Below, piece after piece: positions 19,048-30,276 of a stretch of DNA of 64,000 nt. Numbering within the stretch: position 1 is the first letter of the stretch; each line of letters begins with the position of its first letter. Below the pieces are notes generated by a model that saw only the letters and a list, made by a program, of their open reading frames with translations, had not been told where the DNA came from and searched no databases. Made by a program: the position numbers and the translations under genes. Source of the stretch: Clostridiales bacterium (GTDB taxonomy: Bacteria; Bacillota; Clostridia; Saccharofermentanales; Saccharofermentanaceae); contig JAFWDK010000010.1 in the NCBI GenBank assembly GCA_017513085.1, positions 160,001 to 224,000 on the forward strand. Direction: 5' to 3'.

Positions 19048-20354
19048 GTGAACAGACAGTAATTTGGGATCTGATCATTATCGGCGGTGGCGCTTCCGGA
19101 ATGAGTGCTGCGGTTTCCTATCAGAAGATGCATCAGGATCGTCTCGGATCTTTCGGAAAGGTCCTGATCCTGGAGAAAAATGACCGTGTAGGGAAAAAGA
19201 TCCTGGCAAGCGGTAACGGAAGATGTAATCTTTCCAATCACGACATGGCCATGACGCATTACCATTCACATCAGGTCACTTGGGTGGAGAGTGTCTTCCG
19301 TCTTATTGATTCTGAGTCGGTGCTGACTTTCCTTTCCGATATCGGTATCCCGATTGCTTCCGAAGGAAACAAGATCTTCCCGATGAGTAAGAATTCTGCT
19401 TCGGTTGTGGATGCTTTCCGCTTTGCTTTGAAAGAATGTGAAGTGAGTCTGGAATCAGATTGTGAAGTCGACAGGATCGATAAAGAAAGCGACCTGTTTC
19501 ATATTTATTCTAAAGATGCAAATGAGTATTCTGCCCGCCACATCATTATATCCTGCGGTGGAGCATGCGCTCCGAATCTCGGAACGACCGGTGACGGCTA
19601 TAAGTGGCTCTCACAATTCGGGCATAAGGTCTATTCGCCGAAGCCATCCATTGTACAGCTTGTTACGGATAATTCCGTGACAAAAACACTTTCCGGCCTG
19701 AAGCTGGATTGCGACCTGTCTTTGAACAGTAACGATATGCTTCTCGCGCATCAGTATGGAGAAGTGCTTTTTACGGATTATGGTCTGTCCGGTCCTGCTG
19801 TATTACAGGTTTCCGGAGTGGTTTCCCGACACAACCGCAAGAATGGCCTGGCGATTCCGATGACGATTTCATTGAAACTCTTTAACGATGAGGATCTTCG
19901 GTCCATCCGTGCCGAGATCGGCCGTCGTATCAGCGTGTGGGGGGAGAGAACGCTGGATCAGCTTCTGATCGGCATCCTGCCCGGTAAGATCTCGTCTATG
20001 CTGTTAAAAACGGCGTTAGCGCGCCCTCTCAGTATTCTTATCGCGACGTTGTCCAATGAAGATATAGAAAAGATCGTGAGAACTCTGAAGGCGTGGAAAT
20101 TCGAAGTTTTGGGAACAAAATCTCTGGAGTTTGCCCAGACGACCATCGGCGGCGCTGAAGTAAATGAGTTTTCTCCGGAAACCCTTGAATCTAAGATCGT
20201 TCCCGGTCTTTATGCATGCGGAGAAGTCCTGGATGTGGATGGCGACTGTGGCGGATATAACCTGACATGGGCTTTTGCATCCGGAATCCTTGCCGGACGA
20301 TCGCTTGCGCTTCATGCCGAGGATGAACATATGGAGGGTGAGCATGCGGAGTGA
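19044..20354 (+). CDS. HI0933/BaiN-family flavoprotein
   Basis: IIGGGASG, GKKILASGNGRCN, GEVLFTDYGLSGP, GEVLDVDGDCGGYNL. Confidence 0.93.
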   Translation: MSEQTVIWDLIIIGGGASGMSAAVSYQKMHQDRLGSFGKVLILEKNDRVGKKILASGNGRCNLSNHDMAMTHYHSHQVTWVESVFRLIDSESVLTFLSDIGIPIASEGNKIFPMSKNSASVVDAFRFALKECEVSLESDCEVDRIDKESDLFHIYSKDANEYSARHIIISCGGACAPNLGTTGDGYKWLSQFGHKVYSPKPSIVQLVTDNSVTKTLSGLKLDCDLSLNSNDMLLAHQYGEVLFTDYGLSGPAVLQVSGVVSRHNRKNGLAIPMTISLKLFNDEDLRSIRAEIGRRISVWGERTLDQLLIGILPGKISSMLLKTALARPLSILIATLSNEDIEKIVRTLKAWKFEVLGTKSLEFAQTTIGGAEVNEFSPETLESKIVPGLYACGEVLDVDGDCGGYNLTWAFASGILAGRSLALHAEDEHMEGEHAE

Positions 20355-21963
20355 TATATCCTTGTCGATACCACTTTCTGTTTACGAGAAGCTCCCTCAT
20401 AGTTCCAATGCTTACACAGACTATAGGGATGTGCACTCCTATTTTGAAAAGAAATCCAGGAAAAGACTTCCGAAGCATTGCTATTTTCTGAAAAAATCGA
20501 TCGATGCTCGCCACAATAACGATATCCGTGTTGTGGTGACTGCCCGTTTTCAGGATGAGGATCCTTCCTCGGAGATCCTTCAGCCGAAACTTCTTACTTC
20601 AAAATACAGTCTGAACGAAAAGAAAAGAGTCGTGGTGTGCGGGAGTGGACCTGCCGGGCTTTTTGCATGCGCCGCTTTGGTAGAGGCCGGTCTTGCGCCG
20701 ATCCTTTTGGAACGCGGAAGGGATGTGGACACCAGGACGAAGGATATTGAACGATTAAAAGCAGACGGGGTATTGGACCTGGTCTCGAATGTTCAGTTTG
20801 GAGAAGGTGGCGCCGGCACATTTTCTGACGGAAAACTGTTCAGCGGCGTTTCGGATGGAAGAAAAGACATCGTTCTCCGAACTTTTGTGAAATACGGCGC
20901 TCCTAAGAGTATACTCTATGAGGCGCATCCGCATATCGGAACCGATCATCTTCGTCAGGTCGTCAAAAATATACGCGAAGACCTGATCCATAACGGAGCC
21001 AAAGTGCTTTTTGAGAGGAGACTGGAAGATATTGAAGTGGCAGACGGGAAACTGGTTTCTGTTACGCATGTGTCTTCCGTGGACGGTAAAGATGCAGTCA
21101 GAATACCTTGTGCCGCTTTGATCCTGGCAATCGGTCACAGTGCCAGAGATACGTTTTATATGCTTTCCAAAAGAGGCGTGAAGCTTGAGAGCAAGCCCTT
21201 TTCCGTAGGCGTTCGTATCGAGCATAGGCAGGAAGATATCGATCGTGCAAGGTTTGGTCCTTTGTTTGCCAACGAGATCCTGCGACCGGCGAACTACAAG
21301 GTGGTTACTCCAACAGGAACCGGTAGAAAACTGTATTCATTCTGCATGTGCCCCGGTGGAGAAGTTGTCTGTGGCGCTTCGGAAGAAAATGCCGTGGTGA
21401 CTAATGGAATGAGCGAATATGCACGGAATCGTGAAAATGCCAATGCGGCAATGCTTGTCGGTGTCGATACGGATGATTTTTCAGAGGACGGCTGGGCAGC
21501 AGGAATAGAATTCCAAAGAAAACTCGAAGCAAGTGCTTTTTCTGTGGGTGGAGGCGGATATAAGGCTCCGGCACAGAGAGTCGGAGATTTTCATGACCAT
21601 AGGAAAACCACGTCATGGGGCAGAGTTACGCCTTCGTACCGTCCCGGTGTAACAATGGCGGATCTTTGGGAAATACTTCCGGAAGAGATCGCTAAGACAA
21701 TAGATGAAGGCCTTGTGCTCCTGGATAAAAAGATAAAAGGCTTCAATGACCCGGATGCAGTCATGACGGCTGTGGAGACAAGAAGTTCTTCGCCTGTTCG
21801 TATCCGACGCGATGAAAATGGAGAAAATTTATCGGTGACAGGTATTTTTCCGACAGGAGAAGGAGCAGGCTATGCCGGCGGGATCATGAGCTCGGCCATC
21901 GATGGGATCCGTCAGGCAGAATGTCTTCTTTTGAGATATTTTCAGAATGATATGGTAAAATAG
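20344..21963 (+). CDS. Uncharacterised FAD-dependent dehydrogenase
   Basis: GSGPAG, SNVQFGEGGAGTFSDGKL, FCMCPGG, GEGAGYAGGIMSSAIDG. Confidence 0.9.
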   Translation: MRSDISLSIPLSVYEKLPHSSNAYTDYRDVHSYFEKKSRKRLPKHCYFLKKSIDARHNNDIRVVVTARFQDEDPSSEILQPKLLTSKYSLNEKKRVVVCGSGPAGLFACAALVEAGLAPILLERGRDVDTRTKDIERLKADGVLDLVSNVQFGEGGAGTFSDGKLFSGVSDGRKDIVLRTFVKYGAPKSILYEAHPHIGTDHLRQVVKNIREDLIHNGAKVLFERRLEDIEVADGKLVSVTHVSSVDGKDAVRIPCAALILAIGHSARDTFYMLSKRGVKLESKPFSVGVRIEHRQEDIDRARFGPLFANEILRPANYKVVTPTGTGRKLYSFCMCPGGEVVCGASEENAVVTNGMSEYARNRENANAAMLVGVDTDDFSEDGWAAGIEFQRKLEASAFSVGGGGYKAPAQRVGDFHDHRKTTSWGRVTPSYRPGVTMADLWEILPEEIAKTIDEGLVLLDKKIKGFNDPDAVMTAVETRSSSPVRIRRDENGENLSVTGIFPTGEGAGYAGGIMSSAIDGIRQAECLLLRYFQNDMVK

Positions 21964-21994
21964 ATGTGCACTTTTAGAAAGAAGGTCACATGCT

Positions 21995-22729
21995 ATGGAA
22001 GTTACGATCCTTGGTTGCAGCGGCGGATATCCGGGTCCGGGTCAGGCCGCTTCGGGATATTTGCTGACTATTAACGAAAAGAAGGTCCTGATCGATTGCG
22101 GAAGCGGTGTATTCTCGAATCTTCAACTCCATGTGCCGTTGAACGGCCTGGATGCGATACTGATCACACATCTGCACGCCGACCATTATAGTGATCTGAT
22201 GGTGATGCGTTATGCTATCGATATGAATACCAAGCACGGCATGGAGTTTAAGCGAGTGCCGGTATTCGCCCCGAAGACCCCGGAAAATGTGATCCATTCA
22301 TTGACGAATGATTGGGGATATCAGATCGGCTATATCGGCCACGAATCCGAACTTCCGCTCTTTGGCGCGAAGGCGAAGTTTTTCAAGACCAATCATCCTG
22401 TCGAGTGCTATGGCATCCGCGTGGAACATGAAGGAAAAGTCTTTGTATATACGGCTGATTGCTCTGTTAATACGCTTTTTGCCGGTTATCTGGATGATGC
22501 TGATCTTTGCATCATGGACTGTGGTGAATTAGAAGCGGCCAGACGCCCGAATATGCTTCACCTTACACCGAAAGAATGCTATTCCTGTGCCAAAGCACTT
22601 CGGATCAAGAAAACCATTCTTTCCCATCTTGTTCCATTCTATGACAGGGAAGATGTGGAACTGGAAGCCCGTGCCTGCGGAGAATGGGATTATGAGCTGG
22701 CACAGATCAACAAGACTTACCGGATCTGA
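21995..22729 (+). CDS. MBL-fold metallohydrolase (YhfI/RNase Z-like)
   Basis: ILGCSGGYP...ASGYL, IDCGSG, THLHADH. Confidence 0.9.
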   Translation: MEVTILGCSGGYPGPGQAASGYLLTINEKKVLIDCGSGVFSNLQLHVPLNGLDAILITHLHADHYSDLMVMRYAIDMNTKHGMEFKRVPVFAPKTPENVIHSLTNDWGYQIGYIGHESELPLFGAKAKFFKTNHPVECYGIRVEHEGKVFVYTADCSVNTLFAGYLDDADLCIMDCGELEAARRPNMLHLTPKECYSCAKALRIKKTILSHLVPFYDREDVELEARACGEWDYELAQINKTYRI

Positions 22730-22785
22730 GACTGTTTCAAGAGAAACGTTCAGATCAGAAGATCATATATAAAGGGGAGATTAAC

Positions 22786-23076
22786 ATGAGTACAGAAAAA
22801 GATAAGAATAAGGCTGTCGTTACGGTTGTCGGTTGTGATGCGGTCGGTATCATTGCAAAGATTTCCGCACTTCTTGCTGAAGAAGGCGTGAATATCAATG
22901 ATATTACCCAGACGATCCTGGATGATATTTTTACCATGATCATGCTGGTGGATCTGAAAACCTGTAAGTGTGAGATGAAAACTCTTTCAGACAAGTTGGA
23001 CAAAGTTGGCGAAGAGATCGGCGTTTCGATCCGCATCCAGCATACAGATCTTTTCTATGCGATGCATCGTATCTGA
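22786..23076 (+). CDS. ACT-domain protein (UPF0237)
   Basis: VVTVVGCDAVGIIA...NINDITQTI...FYAMHRI. Confidence 0.92.
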   Translation: MSTEKDKNKAVVTVVGCDAVGIIAKISALLAEEGVNINDITQTILDDIFTMIMLVDLKTCKCEMKTLSDKLDKVGEEIGVSIRIQHTDLFYAMHRI

Positions 23077-23102
23077 TATTCAAAGGATTGTAGGTAAGTG
23101 TA

Positions 23103-24461
23103 ATGATTACGGATTTTGAAGTTTTAGAGACTGTACGTATGTTTCAGGAGCAGCATCTGGACGTACGTACGATTACAATGGGAATCAACCTGATGGACTG
23201 TTCGGCCGATACGCCGGAGAAGTCCTGTCAGAAGATCTATGATAAGATCACGCGTTATGCGAAGGATCTGGTTAAGGTTGGCGAGGAAATCACGGAGAAA
23301 TACCGTGTCCCAATCGTGAACAAGCGTATCTCAGTAACGCCGATATCTATTGTTGCGGCAGCTTCCGGCGCGAAAGATTACACCATGTTCGCCAAGACAC
23401 TTGACCGCGCGGCGAAAGAATGCGGAGTAAATTTCATCGGCGGCTTTTCGGCTATGGTTCAGAAAGGCTATACCGTCAGTGATAAGCGATTGATCGACTC
23501 TATCCCGGAAAGTCTTGCTGTTACGGACAATGTCTGCTCATCCATTAATCTTGCTTCGACCCGTTCCGGTATCAATATGGATGCCGTACGCGATATGGGT
23601 GAGATCATCAAGAAAACGGCGGAAGCTACAAAAGACAGAGATGCGCTTGGTTGCGCCAAACTGGTCGTATTCGCCAATGCTCCGGAAGATAACCCCTTTA
23701 TGGCAGGTGCTTTTTTAGGACCCGGTGAGCCGGAGTGTGTGATCAATGTCGGCATTTCCGGTCCGGGCGTTATTAAAGCGGCTCTTGAGACCGTAAAGGG
23801 AGAAGACCTTGGCGTTGTGGCCGAAACGATCAAAAAGGCTGCGTTTAAGATCACACGTGTTGGCGAACTGGTTGCCCGTGAAGCGTCCCAGCGGCTGAAT
23901 GTGCCTTTCGGAATTATTGACCTTTCTCTTGCACCGACCCCGGCTGTTGGCGATTCAGTCGGACGCATCCTCGAAGAGTTTGGCCTTGAACATTGCGGTG
24001 CATGGGGCACGACGGCGGCTCTTGCGATGCTGAACGATGCTGTGAAAAAAGGTGGAACAATGGCATCATCTTTCGTCGGCGGATTGTCCGGTGCTTTTAT
24101 ACCGGTATCTGAGGATGAGGGTATGATCGAAGTTGCAGAGAAGGGCTTCCTGCGTCTTGAAAAACTTGAGGCCATGACTTGTGTTTGCTCGGTAGGTCTT
24201 GACATGATCGCGATCCCCGGTGATACTCCGGCTTCCACGATCTCCGGTATCATTGCGGATGAAATGGCTTTGGGTACATTTAACAACAAGACTACTGCGG
24301 TACGTGTGATTCCGGTACCCGGAAAGAAAGTCGGCGATCAGGTCGAGTTTGGCGGACTTTTGGGTTATGCTCCGATCATGGAGGTCAATACGGCTTCTTC
24401 CGAAGCATTTATCTCACGAGGCGGACGTATCCCGGCTCCGATCCATAGTATGAGAAACTGA
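23103..24461 (+). CDS. UPF0210/DUF711 family protein
   Basis: [52 protein letters not shown]. Confidence 0.93.
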   Translation: MITDFEVLETVRMFQEQHLDVRTITMGINLMDCSADTPEKSCQKIYDKITRYAKDLVKVGEEITEKYRVPIVNKRISVTPISIVAAASGAKDYTMFAKTLDRAAKECGVNFIGGFSAMVQKGYTVSDKRLIDSIPESLAVTDNVCSSINLASTRSGINMDAVRDMGEIIKKTAEATKDRDALGCAKLVVFANAPEDNPFMAGAFLGPGEPECVINVGISGPGVIKAALETVKGEDLGVVAETIKKAAFKITRVGELVAREASQRLNVPFGIIDLSLAPTPAVGDSVGRILEEFGLEHCGAWGTTAALAMLNDAVKKGGTMASSFVGGLSGAFIPVSEDEGMIEVAEKGFLRLEKLEAMTCVCSVGLDMIAIPGDTPASTISGIIADEMALGTFNNKTTAVRVIPVPGKKVGDQVEFGGLLGYAPIMEVNTASSEAFISRGGRIPAPIHSMRN

Positions 24462-26729
24462 TTTTTTCTTCTTATAGATGACATATCCGATTGCTCCTGC
24501 TACGCTGAGCTGGCTGATGACAAAAGAGGCGATCCAGGAGAGCGGATAGTGAAAATGGATATCGACTTCACCGTTGGTGGCTGTCGGTAGAGATAGCATC
24601 ATGTGGTTATTGCGGCCACTTTCGGTCTTTAGGTCGAGAGTGGCCGAGTTATTTTTCAGATCAACTTCATAATGGTTGTAGTTAAACAGAGGAAGCGTGA
24701 CCGAACCCTCTTTATCTGACGTATAGAAGAAATGAATATGGTCACCATCCTTTTCAAATTCAGAAATGGAGACTCCGTCTGTAGCTTCATACTCATACGG
24801 TGTATCGAAAACATCTGTCCCGGTTAGTACATATTCGTGTTCACTACACCAAGCCGGTCGAAGATTCAGTACGGAATCGTAGTTCACTTTTTCCTGGGTG
24901 TTCGCGTAGTGTAGACAACTGTAACCGGTGCCTGCGATCGCAAAGAGCAAAGCTATGCTCACTCCGGCATATCTCTTAAACCGGCTTTTTTCAGACAACG
25001 TGGTGTCATTAAGGCATTCACCCAGTGCCAGCACGGAAAACAGACCGGCAAAGGCAAGGAAACGCCAAGGAAACTGTATGCTGCTGACAATGTTTTGCAT
25101 TCCGGGAAGACCGGTCAGGAAGTCCCAAGGGAAATACGAAGAGCATAACCATAGAGAAATCAGGGTGAAAAAGATATACTGGATCAGTCTGGCATATCTT
25201 CCGAAAAAAGCACTTCTTCTGTCCGTGCCGGATCTCCTGAAACAATATAGCAGATAGAAGAGAGTAAAGAATATAAGAACAATAGCTGGAAGCGCGCCGG
25301 GATGCGATTTCATCACGTCATAGATCTTTATTCCTCGTTCATTCATGGAAAAGGTATTTCTTGAAGCATCCATGACATTGACGCGCTCGTGCATGGCTTC
25401 ATCAAGGAAAGGCACAATAAACCCGAGATTTACGACCAACACAGCTCCGGCGGCAGAAAGAAGCGCCAGAAGCCTTTTACGGACGAGTGCTCTGCGGATG
25501 TTGAACAGAAAGACCATTACCAGCATGATAATTGCCATTTCCAAAGTCAGGATATGGGAATTCAAAACTCCGGTAAATCCAATAACAAACAAGATAACAG
25601 AACGAAAGCAGTCATCTTTAAACAGCGCATATACGGCATAGGCAAGGAAAGGAAGAAAGGCAATCGCACAGTATTCTCCAACCGCTCCTCGTTCGAACAT
25701 ATCTACAAAACGGTAAAACAGAAATGAATATGCGATCGCGCCTGTAAAACCGGTTTTTCTTCCGAATATGCCGCTGAAGCAATAGTAGGAAGAAGCGAGA
25801 GTCAGGAAATTGATCAAAACAACAAAGAGCCTGTAACTAAGCCCCATGCTCAAACCGGAGATGTTACCCAATGCCGGAAGATAAAGAAGCATGTCTCCGT
25901 AAAAAGCACTGACCATATATCCGTAGCCGTTATACCAGTTTGTCTGGAATTTTACCCAGGGAATCCCTCGCAAAAGGCCGTCCTTGATGCCATAGATACG
26001 CAAGACGTGAAACTCCAGATCGTTGGTCGTATATAAGTACGAAGACGGGAGAATAAGAGGCAAAGACATAAGAAGTCCTGCCCCGAACAACAGAAGATAA
26101 TGTTTTCGACGATCCGGATATTTAAAGATCAAGAAGAAAAGAATGTTCAAAATGACGCAGAACAGAAACCATAAAACACAAACGGCAGTGATCCGCATCG
26201 GCAAAGCTGCCATATCGTCGACGGAATAGACCGAGAGCTCTTCGATGGAAAAAGAACTGTCCCCCTTACTGATAAACCCGATGTAGAGGTCATCCACACG
26301 CGAAGTGAGGGTAAATCCGATGACTTCACTTGAGCCTTTTGGATTCGGTTTTACCCAACGATCCTGGAATACTCCTTGTTTATCTAAAGAATCGGACATG
26401 ACAACAATGTAGTTTTCTGTTACATTGCATGAATACTTGATCGAAAGAGCGTAACTTCCTTTTTCCAAAGAAAACGGAACAGTCTTTCTGGTCTCTTCTC
26501 CGTGAAGAGTCACGATTTTTTCTATCCCGCCGGATGGCGCTTCTTCTGTGGCTGTTTCGACAGGAATGACATCTTCTTTAAAGAAATTCCTTGTATATGA
26601 AGTTTTGTTTTTCCCGTTCAAAGAAACCATGACGAGAAGAACTACAAGAAGAATTACCTCGAGAACAAGCGCGATCTCCAGGTAATTCGCAAATCTTTTC
26701 GTTGGTTTATCACCGGGAAGGACATTCAT
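24414..26729 (-). CDS. Polytopic GT-C-like glycosyltransferase (PTPS-related/YfhO-like membrane protein) with an extra N-terminal soluble domain
   Basis: [10 protein letters not shown]...GYGY...FYG, RGAVGE, SHIL, IQFPWRF, TLPLFNY motifs; many TM helices. Confidence 0.75.
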   Translation of the reverse strand: MNVLPGDKPTKRFANYLEIALVLEVILLVVLLVMVSLNGKNKTSYTRNFFKEDVIPVETATEEAPSGGIEKIVTLHGEETRKTVPFSLEKGSYALSIKYSCNVTENYIVVMSDSLDKQGVFQDRWVKPNPKGSSEVIGFTLTSRVDDLYIGFISKGDSSFSIEELSVYSVDDMAALPMRITAVCVLWFLFCVILNILFFLIFKYPDRRKHYLLLFGAGLLMSLPLILPSSYLYTTNDLEFHVLRIYGIKDGLLRGIPWVKFQTNWYNGYGYMVSAFYGDMLLYLPALGNISGLSMGLSYRLFVVLINFLTLASSYYCFSGIFGRKTGFTGAIAYSFLFYRFVDMFERGAVGEYCAIAFLPFLAYAVYALFKDDCFRSVILFVIGFTGVLNSHILTLEMAIIMLVMVFLFNIRRALVRKRLLALLSAAGAVLVVNLGFIVPFLDEAMHERVNVMDASRNTFSMNERGIKIYDVMKSHPGALPAIVLIFFTLFYLLYCFRRSGTDRRSAFFGRYARLIQYIFFTLISLWLCSSYFPWDFLTGLPGMQNIVSSIQFPWRFLAFAGLFSVLALGECLNDTTLSEKSRFKRYAGVSIALLFAIAGTGYSCLHYANTQEKVNYDSVLNLRPAWCSEHEYVLTGTDVFDTPYEYEATDGVSISEFEKDGDHIHFFYTSDKEGSVTLPLFNYNHYEVDLKNNSATLDLKTESGRNNHMMLSLPTATNGEVDIHFHYPLSWIASFVISQLSVAGAIGYVIYKKKKSVSHTMDRSRDTSAS

Positions 26730-26733
26730 TACA

Positions 26734-28101
26734 TTAACCTTTGACTATGTTCAGAGCAGCTTCTACGGTTTCCGGAGCCGGTGCACCAATGATGGTTCTC
26801 TTATTGACACATGTCTGCAAAGAGATAGCATCGTATACATCCTCGTCGATCAGATCGGAGAACTGCCTGAATTCTTCCAAAGAAAGCTTTTCCAACGTGG
26901 TATTGTGCTCGATGCAGTAGTGGACGAGCTTACCGGAGATCTCGTGCGTGCTTCTGAACGGAATGCCCTTGCGGACAAGATAGTCAGCAAGGTCGGTGGC
27001 ATTGGTGAATCCGCCGAGCGCGGCCTTCTCCATGTTGTCCTTGCGAAGTTTCATGGTCTTGATCATACCGGTAAAGGGAACAAGAACCCCTTTGATCGTA
27101 TCGATCACATCAAAAATTGCTTCCTGCACTTCCTGCATGTCTTTGTTATAGGTTAGAGGCAGACCCTTCATGGTCACCAGAAGGGAGATGAGGTCACCAT
27201 AGACACGGCCGGTCTTGCCACGAGTAAGCTCTGCAACATCGGGGTTCTTTTTCTGTGGCATCATGGAAGAACCGGTAGAATAAGCATCATCCAGCTCGAT
27301 GAATTTGAATTCCTGGGATGAATAGAGAATGATTTCTTCAGAAAGACGGGACAAATGCATCATAAGCAGAGATGCGAAAGAGGCAAGTTCAATCGCCCAG
27401 TCTCTGTCTGCGACACCATCCAGAGAGTTCAGAGTGACGCCGTTCATACCCAGTTGATCAGCAACGAATTCACGGTCGAGAGGATAAGTGGTGCCGGCCA
27501 GTGCGCCGGACCCAAGAGGGGAGATGTTCGTTCTGGCGATGGCCTCGTCGAGACGATCCATATCACGGCCGAACATCTGAATGTATGCCATGAGATAGTG
27601 CGCGAATGTGATAGGCTGGGCACGCTGAAGGTGTGTATATCCCGGCATATATGTCTTGGTATTAGCTTGCGCGATTTCTATCAAAGTATCACGCAAGAGC
27701 CCGAGCAGTGATTGAATCTCTTTTGCTTCATCCACAGCGTAGAGACGCTGATCCAACGCGACCTGATCGTTTCTGGATCTTCCTGTATGAAGACGCTTTC
27801 CGGCATCGCCGATGCGGTTGGTGAGTTCTTCTTCAATGAACATATGAATGTCTTCGGCATCCGAATCAAAAGTGAGTTTTCCGGATTCAATGTCATCCAG
27901 AATGGATAATAGTCCTTCTTTGATCTGATCAGCATCTTCCTGTGTGATGATACCCTGTTTTGCCAACATCTGACTGTGGGCAACCGAGCCCTCGATATCC
28001 TGTTTATACATTCTGCAGTCGAAGGGGAGAGACGAGTTAAAATCATTCACTGCCTTGTCAGTAGCTTTCTCGAATCTTCCTGCCCACATTTTCTTAGCCA
28101 T
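26734..28101 (-). CDS. argH: Argininosuccinate lyase
   Basis: MWAGRF, HTGRSRNDQV, PGYTHLQRAQP, GSSMMPQKKNPD. Confidence 0.98.
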   Translation of the reverse strand: MAKKMWAGRFEKATDKAVNDFNSSLPFDCRMYKQDIEGSVAHSQMLAKQGIITQEDADQIKEGLLSILDDIESGKLTFDSDAEDIHMFIEEELTNRIGDAGKRLHTGRSRNDQVALDQRLYAVDEAKEIQSLLGLLRDTLIEIAQANTKTYMPGYTHLQRAQPITFAHYLMAYIQMFGRDMDRLDEAIARTNISPLGSGALAGTTYPLDREFVADQLGMNGVTLNSLDGVADRDWAIELASFASLLMMHLSRLSEEIILYSSQEFKFIELDDAYSTGSSMMPQKKNPDVAELTRGKTGRVYGDLISLLVTMKGLPLTYNKDMQEVQEAIFDVIDTIKGVLVPFTGMIKTMKLRKDNMEKAALGGFTNATDLADYLVRKGIPFRSTHEISGKLVHYCIEHNTTLEKLSLEEFRQFSDLIDEDVYDAISLQTCVNKRTIIGAPAPETVEAALNIVKG

Positions 28102-28221
28102 AGTATCATTCTCCTTTTTGTATCTAAAAAACAATACATATAATATCACAAATGCTAAATGATAACGAAAATCTAAACGTATAAATATCTATTTTTGTTA
28201 TGTAGTACCCGCTTATTATAT

Positions 28222-28668
28222 TCATTGTCTATATGTGTCGATGATCTCAAGATCGACCAGCGCCTTGTTTCTGTAATTCAGGTCTTCACGAAGAGTAAAA
28301 CCTTGTGATTCCCAGAACGAATTGCCAAGATCGTTGTGCTTAAAGGCTACGAGGGCCACTTTCTTGATTCCCTCGTTGTTTAAGGCTTCTATGGCAAGTT
28401 CCACGAGTTTAGCACCGATACCTTTTCTTCGATGTTCCGGTGAAACGGACATGTGCTGGATGTAGCCGCGCCGGCCATCGTGGCCACACAGGATCACACC
28501 TGCTACGTGGCCGTTATCTACTGCGACAAAAGATGTTGTCGGGTTCCTTTTTAAGTATTTCTCGATGCCTTCTTTCGAGTCGTCTGTGCTGTTGAGTCCG
28601 TTATGACACGCGACCCAGATTGCATACACTTCATCATAATCATCAATAGTCATCAATCTAAATTCCAT
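28222..28668 (-). CDS. GNAT-family acetyltransferase (YpeA-like)
   Basis: GVILCGHDGRRGYI...HRRKGIG...N..G..FW...GF; AGGAG RBS. Confidence 0.92.
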   Translation of the reverse strand: MEFRLMTIDDYDEVYAIWVACHNGLNSTDDSKEGIEKYLKRNPTTSFVAVDNGHVAGVILCGHDGRRGYIQHMSVSPEHRRKGIGAKLVELAIEALNNEGIKKVALVAFKHNDLGNSFWESQGFTLREDLNYRNKALVDLEIIDTYRQ

Positions 28669-28723
28669 ACATATCTCCTTTCTTTTGTAAGATGTGCCCG
28701 CGAAGAAAGAATACACGTTGGTG

Positions 28724-28794
28724 AAAAGAAAAAAGTTTTCAGCGCCTCCGCAGTGTTGATACACGAGGACAGCGCTAGAAAACTTTTTTCTTTT
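28724..28794 (-). terminator. Long hairpin or terminator downstream of argG
   Basis: 17-bp outer arms AAAAGAAAAAAGTTTTC/GAAAACTTTTTTCTTTT plus inner AGCGC/GCGCT, CCTC/GAGG and GTGT/ACAC pairings. Confidence 0.7.
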
Positions 28795-28818
28795 TCAATA
28801 ATCAGTTTCTGTCGCGAA

Positions 28819-30033
28819 TCAGAGCAGACCGTTCTTCTGCTTCATCTTTGCGTTGACTTTCATCGGGAGACCGAAGCAGTTGATGAATCCGCCTGCATCA
28901 GCCTGATTGTAAACGTCATCAGCTTCAAATGTAGCAATCTCTGGATCATAGAGAGAGAACGGGGAAGTGGTGCCTGCCGGTGTGCAGTTACCCTTATAGA
29001 GCTTCATTCTTACTTCGCCTGTAACAACTTCCTGTGTCTTATCAACAAATGCGGAGATAGCCTCGCGGAGCGGGTGGAACCACTGGCCGTAGTAAACGAG
29101 TTCGGAGAACTTCTGGGCTACGAGATCCTTGTAGTGGATCGTGTCACGCTCAACTGTGAGCAGTTCGAGCTCACGGTGAGCAGCGAAGAGGAGAGTTCCG
29201 CCAGGTGTCTCATAAACGCCACGGCTCTTCATACCAACGAGACGGTTCTCAACGATATCAGCGATACCTACGCCGTTTGCACCGGCAACTTTGTTGCAGT
29301 ATCTCAGAAGATCTGCAGGGGAGAGTTTCTGTCCATCTACTTCTACCGGAACACCCTTTTCGAACTTGATGGTTACATAAGTCGGAGTGTCAGGTGCTTT
29401 TTCAGGAGAAACCATGAGCTCCAGGATCTTGTCGAGGTTCGGCTCGTTAGCCGGATCTTCGAGATCCATACCCTCGTGAGAGAGGTGCCAGAGGTTCTCG
29501 TCCTTGGAATAGTTGTTTTCTTTAGTTACCGGAACTTCGATGCCGCGAGCGTTTGCATAATCGATCTCTTCGTCACGGGACTTGATATCCCAGATTCTCC
29601 AAGGAGCAAGGATCTTCATATCCGGATCGAGAGCCTTGATGGAAAGCTCGAAACGAACCTGGTCGTTACCCTTACCGGTGCAGCCGTGAACGATCGTTGT
29701 GCATCCGTTGGCGTGAGCCGCCTCAACGAAGTGCTTAGCGATTACAGGACGTGCCATGGAAGTGCCGAGGAGGTACTTGCCCTCATAAACTGCATTCGCT
29801 TTAAGAGTCGGGAATACGAAATCAGAAACGAATTCTTCAGAGATATCTTCGATGATGCACTTGATTGCACCGCACTTGAGAGCCTTCTTTTCAAGGTAGT
29901 CGTGATCGACACCTACGCCGACTTCACCGCAGTAAGCTACTACTTCGCAGTCGTAATGTTCCAGAAGCCACGGAATAATAATGGATGTATCCAGTCCGCC
30001 TGAATACGCAAGTAAGAATTTTTCCTTTGCCAT
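28819..30033 (-). CDS. argG: Argininosuccinate synthase
   Basis: [42 protein letters not shown]. Confidence 0.98.
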   Translation of the reverse strand: MAKEKFLLAYSGGLDTSIIIPWLLEHYDCEVVAYCGEVGVGVDHDYLEKKALKCGAIKCIIEDISEEFVSDFVFPTLKANAVYEGKYLLGTSMARPVIAKHFVEAAHANGCTTIVHGCTGKGNDQVRFELSIKALDPDMKILAPWRIWDIKSRDEEIDYANARGIEVPVTKENNYSKDENLWHLSHEGMDLEDPANEPNLDKILELMVSPEKAPDTPTYVTIKFEKGVPVEVDGQKLSPADLLRYCNKVAGANGVGIADIVENRLVGMKSRGVYETPGGTLLFAAHRELELLTVERDTIHYKDLVAQKFSELVYYGQWFHPLREAISAFVDKTQEVVTGEVRMKLYKGNCTPAGTTSPFSLYDPEIATFEADDVYNQADAGGFINCFGLPMKVNAKMKQKNGLL

Positions 30034-30043
30034 AAGGCACCTC

Positions 30044-30081
30044 CATGAATAATTATTAACGATTTTGCATAAAGGCATTGT
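30044..30081. promoter_or_regulatory. Putative ARG box(es) (ArgR/AhrC operator) upstream of argG
   Basis: CATGAATAATTATTAACG resembles the AhrC consensus CATGAATAAAAATKCAAK; adjacent partial box TTTGCATAAAGG; weaker matches at 30123-30140 and 28176-28193 (argH). Confidence 0.5.
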
Positions 30082-30276
30082 AGCAGACGATTTCTGCTGC
30101 GTCAACCGATATTTTGAAATTCATTGTATTTATATTTTCTTCTTTATACAAGTAGTAAAACGTTGTGCAAATAACGATTTTTCATGTGTTTACGAAAACT
30201 CTATTAAAGAGTAAAATTATACGGTATGCAGCGGGCTTTTGTGAAAAACCTGACTGTAAAGAAAGGGGTCTGGATC

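Noticed and set aside
22786-24461. ACT + DUF711 pair of unknown function
   Set aside because: This is a widely distributed, already catalogued gene pair with nothing unusual here.
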